From contig JAHRHZ010000032.1 of the NCBI GenBank assembly GCA_024137785.1, positions 13,406,508 to 13,443,767 on the forward strand: a DNA stretch of 37,260 nt. The letters are read 5' to 3'. Position 1 is the first letter of the stretch, and every line of letters starts with the position of its first letter. Of this stretch, positions 13,120 to 25,149 are shown in pieces. The notes below the pieces were generated by a model. It worked only from the letters and a program-made list of their open reading frames with translations, searched no databases and had not been told where the DNA came from. The translations under genes and the position numbers were made by a program. The DNA is from Ginglymostoma cirratum. Taxonomy: Eukaryota.

Positions 13120-14060
13120 TCAGCCGTGGCTCGGTGGTTGAGTTTTATCTCAGAGTTCAGAGATTGTCAATTTTTTTTCATCTCTATACTTGAACCCATA
13201 ATCCAGGCTGACATGCCCAGTGCAGTATCACAGTACTGTTCTTTCAGATAAAAGCTCAAAGCATAGTTCTGTCTGTTTTTTCATGAGGGTACCAAAGATC
13301 CCAGAATGACAGAGAAGTGGCCCTAAGGTTTTGCTTAGATAGTTTTGGGAAATAGAAGCCATTGTTTTCAGTACTTATTCCAAACTCCACTCCCTAGCTA
13401 CAAAGTCTATCCTTCTTCCTAACAGCAATCTGAGATTAAGCCATCCTGTTCATAACCTCAAGTGTCATACTTACTCCAGAAATGAGCTTCAGACATCAGA
13501 TTCACACCATCACTAAGACGGCCTTCTTCTAACATTCATCATGTCCCACAGTCCTCCTTCAATTCTGGCCTGTCAAGCATCCTTCATTTTAATCACTCCA
13601 CCATTGGTGACTAGAACATCAGTTGTCAAGGCTCTTGGCTCTGTAAAATCCTCCCTGAATGTCTCCACCTTCCTGCCCCCATCATGATGACCCTTAAAAG
13701 CTACCTCTTGGACCAAGGTTTAGCACATCAAATTGTCCATATTGCTTCAGTAAAGCACTTTTTAAATATATATATATAAGTTATGCATCAAAACAATTTG
13801 TTGTATTCTGGCCAATACTTTTCCCTCAACTAACATCATCAAGATGAATTATGCAATCTTATCTGATTAGTTAGATCTTTCTCTTATTAGATACTTATTT
13901 GACCCATTGTGTAGTTCCTGTATTTTCTATTTTTGTTTCAAATTTCAACATCTGCAGTATTTTGCATTTGATCAATGTTGTTTGTGAGAGCCTGCTTTGT
14001 GCAAATTCTGCTGTATTTCCTACATTACAACAGTAACTAACTTGATCCAACAGATCATTT
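13120..14060 (+). mobile_element. DeuSINE-like SINE pieces interrupted by an L2-like fragment (about 13400-13740) and a Penelope-end remnant (about 13910-13970)
   Basis: Head agccgtggctcggtgg...aatccaggctgac and tail gcaaattctgctgtatttcctacattacaacagt, similar to the copies at 31.5 kb and 33.8-34.5 kb. Confidence 0.55.
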
Positions 14061-14525
14061 GTTGGATTATACCTGGAATGAGTGGATTGTTTTATGAGGA
14101 TAAATTGGACAGGCTGGGCTGATTTCCCCTGGAGTTTAAAAGAGTGAGAGGTGACTTGAATGTTACATTTACGATCTCGAATGTTCTTCACGAGGTCAAC
14201 ATGGAGGGCATGTCTTCTCTTGTGGGTCAGTCCAGAACTTCGGCGGTGGGGAGGTACTGCTTTAAAATTAGAGGTCTTGCTTTCAGGAAAAAGATAAGGA
14301 GATTTTGTTTTTCTCTTTCAGAGGGTTGTGTGACTTCAGAAAGCAGTGGAGGTTTATTCATTACATAACTTTAAGAGAAATTGTGGATAGATTCCTGTTA
14401 GGCAGGGAAATAAGAAGTTATTGGGGATACAAGGGGTGTGGAATTAAAAACAACACACCTTATTGAATGGTGGTGCAGCCTCCATGGGCTGAATGGTCTA
14501 CCTCTGCCCCGATTTCATACGTTTG
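14060..14525 (+). mobile_element. CR1 LINE 3' fragment
   Basis: ttatgaggataaattggacaggctggg...gagaggtgactt...gggctgaatggtctacctctg. Confidence 0.8.
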
Positions 14526-15089
14526 GATGTTTCATGTGATGCTTCTAGTGTCTGGATGAAGGGAATTAGTATGTTTTATCTTTATGCATGCAGTCATCAC
14601 ACCACATCAGTACACTGTCTCTCCATTCGGAACATCTTCTCTGCATTTGCCTCTCAACTCAAAACAGGAAAATACATGGGTACAGGGTGCCTCAAAGCCC
14701 TAGGCAAAAATCTCACAGTAACTCGCAGGAGGGTTTGTCCACAGACATGCAATGTGCATGCCCACTAACATGGACATCTTCTGACACTCGTGAATAAACT
14801 CCCAGCTATGCACAAACAGTACCATTGCCATGTCAGTACCTTAGTAGGCTGGAGGGCTAAAGAATATACCTTGACTTAAAAAATCTGGAGTGGAGTCGAA
14901 AGCCAGACTGATGTCTAAATGTGTCAAAGTTCTGGCAAATTCTGCAAGCAAGTTAACGTCAAGAGTAATTTTTTACATGAAAACAGCAATGGCAGTATTT
15001 TATTTACAATGTTTTACATTCTTTTGGACTCAACTGGAAGGTCAAGAGGATACTGTGATGTGTAGGCAGTCAAGGATTTCCATAAACTT

Positions 15090-15235
15090 TCAAACAAAAT
15101 CAAAATACTGCGGATGCTGGAGCCTGAAATAAAATCCAGAAGTTCTGGAAAAGATCAGCAGTTCAGGCAGCATCTGTTGAGAGAGAGAAATTGAGAATTA
15201 ATGTTTTAATTTAATGCTTCTTTGCAACTGAAGCA
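15090..15235. mobile_element. Degenerate Penelope-derived mini-element (family A)
   Basis: aaaatactgcggatgctgga...ctggaaaagatcagcagttcaggcagcatctgt. Confidence 0.7.
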
Positions 15236-16170
15236 TGGTGAAAAATTTATGGTTTCTATATTGTACTGGGTGGGGGGGGGGGCATGCGGAGGAGCAAATG
15301 AAACAAAAAGGAAAGCCAGGGAAAGATGTCACAGATATTAAGGAATTTTTCAATTGGAGGTCCATGTTCGATGGGGCTTTACCTGTAATTGGGCCTCACA
15401 AAGTTCAAAGCTAAGTATAATTATTCAACCTTATGCCTGTACAAAACAAGTCATTCTCACACATTCTTTGAAAGAAATCAAGTTGAAGAGTAATTTAAAT
15501 TTCTGTTTGAATAGCAGAATTCTTTGAAAGCATATCAGAAAACCTACAGCCTTTAATAGAAACCCTTGAATACTATTCTTTCATATTTCTTCCAAAGTGT
15601 TTTTGTTAAATATGCAGTGATATAATTGGCTTATTCCTTTTTCACTCAACTTCCCCCACACATTGCTGAAACACATTTAGGGGAAACCAAGGGGTGTTAT
15701 TATATTAAGATGTTTTCAATGTTACTAAATGGTAAGGCTTTCAGTGATAGTGGTTGCTGAGCCTACACAATAATTACCACATTTTGAAAGATACTTCTCT
15801 TCACAAAATAATAGGTAAAAACTGGTCAGAGTCCATAGGCAATTCACATCCTGTTTCTTCCAGTCACTTTAGACTTACTACATAATTTTCCCCAGCATGT
15901 CCATCCACCTAAAGAAATTTCCCTAGTTGCAGGGGAAGACAATGGCTCATTTAAACTTGGCGCTGTTTCTGTATTGGGGCTTATGAAACTTTAAGCAGGA
16001 TTAAAATTGAGCCATTAGTGTACCTGACTTTCACCCTCTGTACATCTCCCTTCTATTGTTTCAGAAATTTAGTGGTCATATTCACCTCATGCCAATTTTC
16101 CTCTAAAATTGAGAATGCTGATAAAGCTCAAGGCTGTCTTAATAAATACAATGGGAGTTAATCTATTGGT

Positions 16171-16388
16171 AAATAAAAACCGAAAGAACTACGGATGCTG
16201 TAAATCAGGAACAAGTTGCTGGAAAAGCTCAGCAGGTCTGGCAGCATCTGTGCAGGGAAAAAACAAGAGTTAACCTTTTGGGTCCGGTGAACTGAGGAAG
16301 GGTCACCAGACTTGAAACGTTAACTCTGTTTTTCCTCCACAGATGCTGCCAGACCTGCTAAGCTTTTCCAACAACTTTGTTCTTGCTC
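16171..16388. mobile_element. Palindromic Penelope-derived mini-element (family A) with TSD-like flanks
   Basis: Inverted arms of about 85 bp. Flanks ttaatctattggt (16158-16170) and ttaatctatttgt (16389-16401). Confidence 0.85.
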
Positions 16389-16964
16389 TTAATCTATTTG
16401 TTACTGATTTCTTTCTGCTGCTTCTATATCTATTCTGCAGTTGCCTAAACACTGTCCCTAAGCTAATTCTTTCCAATAAATTTAAACTAGTATAGATGTG
16501 TTGTTAAGGTTGTGTTTAATTTTTGCTGACTAATTCATGTTGAACAAGGAAGTTAATTCAGCAATGATTTAATTGTCACAATGTGTTCATTCTCCGATTT
16601 AAAGCTGTTGTTAAACACCAAGCAGAGCCATCAGAGTTAACGACCAGCACAGCATATATTACCTTAAGAATGTGGATTTTGGCAAATTCTGAAGCAGTGC
16701 TATTCCATCACGTCTGGCGATTTCTAGCAAGAAGAAGAACAACAAAAGAAAATCATAACCTAGATGATCCCATGTCATGAGAGGCAAATGGTCATTGTCC
16801 TATTCTAAGAAGCAGCACATAAATCATACTGCATTGAGGAAGTCATTTGACTCATTGTGTCTGCGTCAGCTCTCTGAGTCAACTCCAATTCCACTGGTCC
16901 CACTCCTGCCATATTCTTACAATCCTACGACTTTTTAATTTTATTAAAATTGGTGCTTATACAG

Positions 16965-17195
16965 TTCCAGTTAGATCAGTAGGCTGGACAGCTGGTTTGC
17001 ATTTGAGCGATGCAAACAGCATAGGTTCAATATCTATGCGGGCTGAGGTTACCATCAACGACTCTCCTTCTCAAACTCTCCCCTTGCCTGAGTGTGGTGA
17101 CCCTTAGATTAAACCAGCACCACTTATCTCTCTCTCTCTCTCTCTAATGAGAGAGTAGCCCTCTGGTATAGTAGGACTATGGTGGCTTTACATTT
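16965..17195 (+). mobile_element. tRNA-derived SINE with internal (TC)n
   Basis: tRNA-like head (ttagatcagt...ggttcaat), (tc)n at about 17126-17145, tail ggactatggtggctttac. Confidence 0.6.
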
Positions 17196-17769
17196 TGCAT
17201 TATCCAACTACCTTTTGATTGAACCTGCCTCCACACCACACTTTTACCTTGTGAATTCCTGATCCTACATACTCTTAGCTGATAAAGCTTTTACTCATCT
17301 TGCCACTGCTTCTTTTTAGCATTAATTGCAAATTGGTGTCCTCTGGTTCAACTCCTTCCTGAGGAGGACAGTTTCTCCTTTTCTATTGTGTCTAGTCCTC
17401 TCATGGTTTTGAATAGGTTTAGCAAATATTTTCTCAAAACTTCCCTTCTTGACAGAGAACACCCCTAGCATTTCCAATCTTGCTTCATAATTTAAATCCT
17501 TCCTAAGATCATGTTCACAAATTATCCCTGGAAGCTCTCTAATGCTTTCATATCTTTCTTAAAATGCACTGTCCAAAAATGGATACAATATTCTCATTGA
17601 GGTCAAACCAGTTGTTATGACTCACTGGTCAAGCTCTGCTGTTCTCAGAGTCGAGTTAAAGATTTTTATAAAGTTCACAAAGTCCCTCAATTTACCCGAT
17701 TTTTAGATCCAGGTTAATAGAAACCATGGACTAAGTTTCTGTGCTGAACAAGAATAACTACTCATTACA

Positions 17770-18225
17770 CGTTGCTAGGACTGAAGGGATTGAGTTATAA
17801 GGAGAGGCTGGATAGGCTGGGACTATTTTCAATGGAGCGAAGGGGGCTAAGGGGTGACCTTATAGAGATTAATAGAATCATGAGGGACATAGATAAGGTG
17901 AATGACAATGGTCTTTTCCCTAAAGTGGGGCAGTTAAAACTCAAGGGCATATTTTTAAGGTGAGAGGAGGAAGTTTTAAAGAGGACATGGGGACAATGTT
18001 TATACACAGAGAGTGGTTTGTGTGTGGAATGAACTGCCAGAGGAAGTTGGAACGCAGGTATAGTTACAACATTTAAAATACATTTGAATAAGTGAATGAA
18101 TAGGAAAGGTTTAGAGGGATACAGGCCAAATGCAGGCAAATGAGACTAGTTTAATTTGGGAACATGGTCAGCATGGACTTGTTGGAGCAAAGGGTCTATT
18201 TCCATGAGTATAACTCTATGGCTCC
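17770..18225 (+). mobile_element. CR1/HER1 LINE 3' fragment
   Basis: ORF MLGLKGLSYKERLDRLGLFSMERRGLRGDLIE and tail taactctatggctc. Confidence 0.92.
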
Positions 18226-18986
18226 AAGTAATTAGACTCTAGCTACAGTTATTAACCATTAACAATTAACACTACCAATTAAAACACTCATCCCCTTATA
18301 AACTCCCCTTTGCACACACACTTACAGATGACAGAAAACCAAATGGGGTAAATACCTTATGGGTAGATCAGGAATAATGGAAAGACAGTTCAGTAGTTTT
18401 TGTTGCTGGACTTATGGCTGAGATGATATTTATGATTCATCTGCTGTCCAGCACGTTGCCTCAGTTGTGTTTCTTTGATGCTTCCACTTGATGGTAGCAG
18501 ACACAAGGTGGCTGACTTATCAGTTAAAAGTCACAGCTTACAATTGCTGCAGGAAAGAGTAACTGGTTTTCTTCAGGTTTATGTGTATTTTTGACTGCGC
18601 AAACTGGAGAGACAGCTCCTGAGCTAGGGAAGAACTGAATATATCTCTTTCTCCATAACTTGCTCCCAGGACCAAGCTGTCAGTTACCTGAGAGCCAATC
18701 GTATAGTTGTTGGCGGGCAAAAATATCTCTGTTAATGATGATTAGACACTAGTCCATAGACTAATCAACTTCTTGTTGTCTGCTAAAGCGGCACCTGTAC
18801 AATCCCTCAGCTGCAATTTAAGCTTCAATTACTGTTTGTTCAAACAATTATTTACATAATGCTTGACATGGGTGTCAGATTAGTTGTTTCCAAAACATAC
18901 AGCTATACCCTTAAACACCAGTTTAAGAAACACTTTTTCTCTTTTCAGTCCACAAGTTTTAAAAGCACAAATTAAAAAAGACATGG

Positions 18987-19192
18987 AACAAAAAAAAACC
19001 AAAGACTGCAGATGCTAGAAATCAGAAACAAAACCAGAAATTGCTAGAAACACTTTGCAGGTCTGGCAGCATCTGTGGAGAAAAAGTTTCGGGTGTTCTG
19101 AAGAAGGGTCACTGGACTCGAAATGTTAACTCTGCTTTCTCTCCACAGATGCTGCCAGACCTACTGAGTGTTTCCAGCAATTTCTGACTTTG
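18987..19192. mobile_element. Palindromic Penelope-derived mini-element (family A)
   Basis: Inverted arms (aaattgctagaaacact...ggtctggcagcatctgtggaga / tctccacagatgctgccagacc...tttccagcaattt). Flanks ttaaaaaagacatgg and ttaaaaaagagacatgg. Confidence 0.85.
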
Positions 19193-20469
19193 TTAAAAAA
19201 GAGACATGGTCCTTACACAGTGCTGTATAAAGATTAACATAATTTTCTTCCTCTTTTAAAGCCTTGAAACCATTCTGCCATTTTTTAAGCAATTTCTCAA
19301 AATGCTTTGGTGCATTCAATGAATTCTGTTCATATACGGTCAGGTCTGTCTGTTCCTGCATCCCAATTAGAATTGTAGCCTTAGTTTATTTTATCTCCCC
19401 TTGTTCGTCCTACCAAAATTAATCACTTTACATTTCTCTGCGTTAAATCTTGTCTATTGTATGTCCACTTATTCCACAAGTCCTATCTTCTTGAGGTTCA
19501 CTTCTGTTTTCCTCACAATTCACAATACTCCAAAGTTTTTTATAAGCTATACATTTTGAAATTGTGACCTGTAACCGGAGTCTAGGCCATTAATATAACA
19601 TTACTATGTTAACCGTGATCCTTTTACTGACTCCTGGGGAACTCCATTGTACATTTACCTCAGTCCAAAAAGCAATATAATGAACTAAGAAAAGATTAAA
19701 AATAACTGAGTCTCATGCTGTTCATTTCCTCTTTCTTTTGACAATAATAAAACATATTTTTCAATAATCACTTGAGACAGTTGACTTGCTGGAAGTCAGC
19801 AGACAGTCACACACTAGTGCATTTCTGCCTGTCAGAGACTGAGAAAAAATGTATCATTAGACTTTTGCCTAATTTCTCAAAATGCTCTTCACAGGCCAAA
19901 TTCCTAAAGTCCTTCTTTCTAGTTTTGCAGACAGGTCTCATACCAAGATTTCAGTGACAAATTGTGTGAAAGTAAGTTTTGGCTCAACAGGAATATGAGC
20001 ACAAGTTTGTGGCACTTCCTAAAAATGGATCTACAGTCAAGCAGAATATCTATGTACTATTGTCATGTGAAAACAAAACTCAATTCTTCGACACTGGCTT
20101 ATTTCAGAGAAGATGTCATTCAGATCATTATAAAGTGAAACTGTACATCACTTCTGGAGTAGCTGCCGTATGCCAACATGTGTATCAAATTTAACAGGAG
20201 CTTGAATTGAGACACACCTAATTTTGTCAGTCATGGCAACTGGTGAGCACAGGGTGATTTTGGAAGACTGAAAGTATGGTTGCTGAATTTGCAGATGATC
20301 AAGATACAGAGGAAAGTAAGCCGTGTTCAGGGCATAAGGAGACTACAAAGAAACATACACAGATTAAGTGTGTGGGAAAAAACTCAGAAAGACAATAAAA
20401 TGTGGAAAAATGTGAAATTGTTGGCATGCTGAATACAAAAGCTTTTTATAAAATGCGTTCATGTGTTGC

Positions 20470-21350
20470 GGGTGTTGCTGGCTAAGCCAGCATTTATCAA
20501 CATCCCTGTTTGCCCTAGAGAAGGTGTCAGTCGGTTGTTTTCTGGAACCAGTGCAGTCTTTGGGTTGTTAGAACACCTAAAGTGTTGTTTCAGGACTTTG
20601 ATTCAGCAACTGTCAAGGAACAATGATAAGGTTCCAAGTCAGGATGGCTTGACTGTGAGGGGAACTTGCTAGTACTCCTGAGTTTCTGCTGCCTTAATCT
20701 TTTAGATTGGAAAAGTCACAGGTTTGGAAATTGGTGTGGAAGGAGCCTTGGTGAGATGCTTCCATGAACTTAATAGATGGTATAGACTGCTAACACTGCA
20801 CGTTGGTGGTGAAAGGAAAGAATGTTGAAGGTGATGGATGGAGTGCCAATCAAGTCCAGAGTAATGCAACTCACTCCTGACTTGTGCCTTATAGATGTTA
20901 GACAGGCATATGAGTTACTTACTGTAGAATTCTTAGGCTGTGACCTGCTCTTGTAGCTACAGTATTTATATGGCTGGTCCAGTTTAGTTTCTGGTCAATG
21001 GAAACTCCCAGGATGTTGATTGTATGGGATTGATTGATGGTAATGCCGTTGAATGTCAAAGGGCAATGGCTAGATTCCCTTTTGCTAGAGATGCCCATTG
21101 CTTGGCACTCATGAGGTACAGAAGTTACTTTTTACTTATTAGCTCAAGCCTGGATATTGTCCAGATCTTACTGCACACAGACATAGGCTGCTTCACTATT
21201 TGAGAAATCACAAATGAAGGTGAATATTGTGCAATCACCAGTGAACATCCCCACTTCTGACTTTATGATGGAGGGAAGGTCATTGATGAAGCAACTGAAG
21301 ATGGTTGGTCTTAGGACACTACCCTGAGAAACTCTTGCAGAGATGATCTA
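20470..21350 (-). mobile_element. LINE (CR1 group) 3' portion
   Basis: Homologous to 10750-11370. Reverse tail gctggctaagccagcattta. Confidence 0.8.
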
Positions 21351-21681
21351 TTGGCTGTGGGAATCACTTAACCGTTACTATTATGTACTGCTTCCACTTT
21401 TGGTATGAAAGTAGTGCTGTTGTATATTTACCCGGTTGACACTTCTTTTTTAGGTATGCCTGCTGCTACTTGCATACCCTCCTGCATACTTCATTTGGCA
21501 CTGTTGATATCCTGGCTTGGTGGTAATGGTACAATTGGAGATCTGAGGCTATGAGGCTAAAGATTTTGGCTGAATTATCTAAAATAGTGAGAGACTGCAA
21601 AGCTCAGATATAGATGGATCTCAGTATGGTGCTGCATGTATAATGAAAGTTTAGCATTTAGGTATACCAAGTAATTAGCAA

Positions 21682-21781
21682 CAAAAACAGAAATTGCTGG
21701 AAAAGCTTAGCAGGCCTGGCAGCATCTGTGGAGAGAAATCAGAGTTAACGTTTCGGGTCGAGTGACCCTTCCTCAGAACTG
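21682..21781 (-). mobile_element. 100-bp single-arm Penelope-derived mini-element (family A) with a perfect 13-bp TSD
   Basis: aagtaattagcaa at 21669-21681 and 21782-21794. Inserted in a CR1. Confidence 0.9.
21743..21780 (-). ncRNA. Minimal type I hammerhead ribozyme motif (best-preserved copy)
   Basis: Minus strand reads agtt-CTGAGGA-a-gggtc-actc-gaccc-GAAA-c-GTT-aact. Stem I is agtt/aact, stem II gggtc/gaccc, stem III the palindromic ACGU, and the cleavage triplet is GUU. Activity is not shown. Confidence 0.65.
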
Positions 21782-22384
21782 AAGTAATTAGCAATGCTAG
21801 TTGAATGTTTTAACTTATTGCAATGAGAATCGAATACAAAAGTGAGGAGATTATCCTTCAGTTAGGAAAGGCATTTCTGAGACCACATCTGAAGTAAATG
21901 AATACAGTATTGGTCTCCTTATTTAGAAAATCAATTGAAATATGTTTGGAAGCAGTTCAGCAAAGGTTTACTGGACTAAAACCTGGATGGTAGGTATTTC
22001 TTGTGCAGACATGTATCCACTGGATTTCAGAAGAATAAGAGGTAATCTGATTGTGACATATAAGACCTTGATGGGTCTTGACACGGTGAATATTGAAAGG
22101 ATCTTCACTCTTGTGGGAGAATCAGTAAGGAGGGGTCATTGTTTAAAAATAAGGGATCGTCCTTTCAAAACAGAGATGAGGTAAATTGCTTTTCCTCAGA
22201 GGATCCAGAGTCTGGAACTTTCTTCCTCAAGAGACATTGCAAGTAGATGCCTTTGAATACTTTTAATGCAGAGTAGATAGGTTGTTAACAAGCAAAGGGC
22301 TGAAAGATTATTGTGGGTAAGCGAGAATGTGGAGTAATCAGCCAAGATCTTGGTGGCGCTGGTTTGAGAGAAGGAAGAACAAAC

Positions 22385-23065
22385 AAGGAGTATGACTTAC
22401 CAGAGACTGTGGCAGAATACCAAGGTAAAGAGAGATTTAGGTATTCTAGTGAATGGGTCACAAATAATTAGTAAGCAGGGACCACACATAACCAGTGGAA
22501 TTCTATCCTTTATCATGAGAGGAATTGAACATGTATGTAAGGCTGTTATGCTTCAGTAATACAGGGCTTTGGTGACAACACATTGCAAATACTGACTGCA
22601 GTTGTCATCTCCTTTCAGGGTGGATTTAAATGCATTGGTGGTGGTACAGTGGAGATTTACTAGATTGATTCCTGGAATGAGCGGGTTATGTAATGAGGTT
22701 CAGTTGGACAGGCTGCACTTGTTTCAACTGCAGTTCAGAAGAGTGAGGAGTGACCCCTCTGTCAATCAGTTTAGAACTTATGGGCACTGTTTTAAAATTA
22801 GGGGTGACTAAGGACAGGGATGAGGATTTTATTTTCCTCAAAGACTTGTGATAATTTGGAATCCTCTGCCTTAGAAGGTGGCGGATGTGCTGTCCATGAA
22901 TATTTTTTAGTAGAGAGTCAGATATATTTTTGTTAGGGAGGGGAATCATGGGTTCTCAGGGTTGATTTGGAATGTGGAATTCCAAAAATAATCAGATCAG
23001 CCATGGTTTTATTGAGTTGTAGAGCTGGGGCTGAATGGTCTACTTCTGTTCCTATTTCTTATGTT
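22385..23065 (+). mobile_element. CR1 LINE 3' fragment
   Basis: ORF …VQWRFTRLIPGMSGL…LDRLHLF…GHCFKIRG and tail gggctgaatggtctacttctgttcct. Confidence 0.85.
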
Positions 23066-23439
23066 TTTGCATCTGTAAAAAGGGTATGGGAAATCTAATA
23101 CGAAAATGTGGATTACTACATCAAATAAATTATACGTTACAAATTTCCAGACTAACTAAAGTAACTACGTAGGGAAATGCAGAGCACTATTCATTAAACA
23201 ATAGTCTGGTTTCTGCTGCTTTGATTTATGAAATGCTCCCATAACACAAATCATTTGTATAAATAAATGAATAACAGAGATTCCCCAAAAGTTCAGTTAT
23301 TCACATCCTTTGAAAAATCGAGCTATTTTGTTTAGTTTTGGGAATTGTTCCATTGAGGCTTTTGAAGTTAGAGATTGCAAAATAAAATCCATATGACCAT
23401 AATGAGGTATTGCATTTTATTCAACAAAGAAGGGTAGGC

Positions 23440-24155
23440 CTTATACAGTTAATGATAGGGCCTTAGGTAGTGTTGTAGAACGGAGGGACCTGAGGGTGCA
23501 GGTACATAATTCTTTGAAGTTTGCATCACATACAGACAGAGCGGTTATGAAGGAGTTTGGCACTTCATTGCTCAGCCCTTTGAGTACAGGAATTGGGAAG
23601 TCATGCTGAAGTTGTACAGGACATTGGTGAGACCTCTTCTGGAATACTGTGTCCACTTCTGGTCACCCAGTTACAAGAAGGATGTTATCAAGCCGGAGAG
23701 GGTTCAGAAGAGATTTACCAGGATGTTGCCAGGTATGGAAGGTGCAAGTTATAAAGAAAGGCTGGATAGGCTGAGACATTTTTCACTGGAGCATTGGAGG
23801 TTAAGAGACAACCTGAAAGACATTTATAAAATAATAAAAGGTACAGACTGAGTTAATGGTAGTTGTCTTTCCCCTAGGATGGGGGATTTCAAGATTAGGG
23901 AGCATATTTTTAAGGTGAGATGAGAGAAATTTAAAAATGACATAACGGGCAAATTTTTTACAGAGTGTGGAATGAACTTCCTGAGGAAGTGGTGGATGCA
24001 GGTACAATTACAACATTTAAAAGACATTTGGATAGATGCATGAATAGGAAAGGTTTGGAAGGATATGGGCCAAGAGCAGGAACGGGGGACTAGTTTAGTT
24101 TGGCATGGACTGGTTGGACCGAAGGATCTGTTTCCGTGCTGTATGATTCTATAAT
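23440..24155 (+). mobile_element. CR1/HER1 LINE 3' fragment (relatively young)
   Basis: ORF MLKLYRTLVRPLLEYCVHFWSPSYKKDV…VQKRFTRMLPGM and tail ctgtatgattcta. Confidence 0.93.
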
Positions 24156-25149
24156 GATTAGCTATCAGGAATCAAATATTCTGAATCATTAAAATGCACT
24201 GTCGCAGTGTTGTACAATTGTTATAAAAAACATTTCCTTGAAATATAGCTCCGATTAACTTGGAATATGCCTGATGATGTGAATGTACTGGTGAGTTATA
24301 TTTTACAGGTCTAAGTACATGAGGGATTTGGAAGAAAAAATAATTAATCAAATATTATCCCACCTTAAATTCCAGAATCTACACACTTGGATTATTGGCA
24401 TACACAAAATAATTAATTTAAATTCAAAAGAAACTAACCAGCTTTTTAGACTCTCAGTTACATTTTGCCTTCCCGGTCTCATGTTGTGTAACTAGACTTT
24501 TAGCATTTCCGCCCCCACAGCAAATCTGAACCCACCTGTGCCAACCCAATCAATTCTGTGAGGGTGTTCAATTGATGCACAGTGCAATCGGACCAATGAA
24601 ATGCTGACACCTGATAGCATTCAAGTACATCTGTTCAGCCTTCTCTAGGACATTCTGCACCACACGCCCACTTGTCACTAGCAATGAAAATAAGCAGCTG
24701 GTGGTAGGAAATAAGAGTTGGCCTATCTACAAAACTGTTTACTATTGATGTTCAGAATTGCCTTTTATATTAAAAAAGTTGGACTTGACTCCAAACCCCT
24801 AACCCAGCACCAACCACCACCCCCTGCCCTGCAAAACCCTGATGTTTTGCATCTTGTGCACCATCTTCTCTTAGGACCTAACATGGAGGAGGAAATTCAG
24901 AGATTGTGGGATAAATTAAGCAGAAGACCTCCAGTGGAAACAGCAAATGAAATGGAATGGTATATGGTACTTAAATCAATCAAGTATAAAGCACTACATA
25001 TAGGAAAAGGCCTATCACCGTATAATTTTACCACAATAGGCTCAAAACCTTCAAACCTAAGGAAAGCTTGAGCCAATTCTACCACAGAGTCCTCCCCAGT
25101 TTCCCAACAAGAGAAATCTGCAAAACAAACTGACCAAATGATGAGATAG

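Larger units (their letters stand above)
17613..19217. mobile_element. Solo LTR (TG...CA, 4-bp TSD), interrupted twice
   Basis: Starts tgttatgac and ends gtccttaca (imperfect inverted termini). cagt is duplicated at 17609-17612 and 19218-19221. Confidence 0.7.
16820..19670 (-). mobile_element. Old CR1 LINE (segments about 16820-16960, 17200-17612, 19218-19670) hosting nested insertions
   Basis: Reverse-strand CR1 ORF2/3' sequence. ggtcaaaccagt at 17601-17612 continues as cagtgctgtataaagattaacat at 19218. Confidence 0.7.
20200..22375 (+). mobile_element. CR1 LINE (segments about 20200-20460 and 21570-22375) split by insertions
   Basis: tttgcagatgat (FADD) at about 20288 and ORF …FRRIRGNLIVTYKTLMGLD…GHCLKIR. 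Confidence 0.75.
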
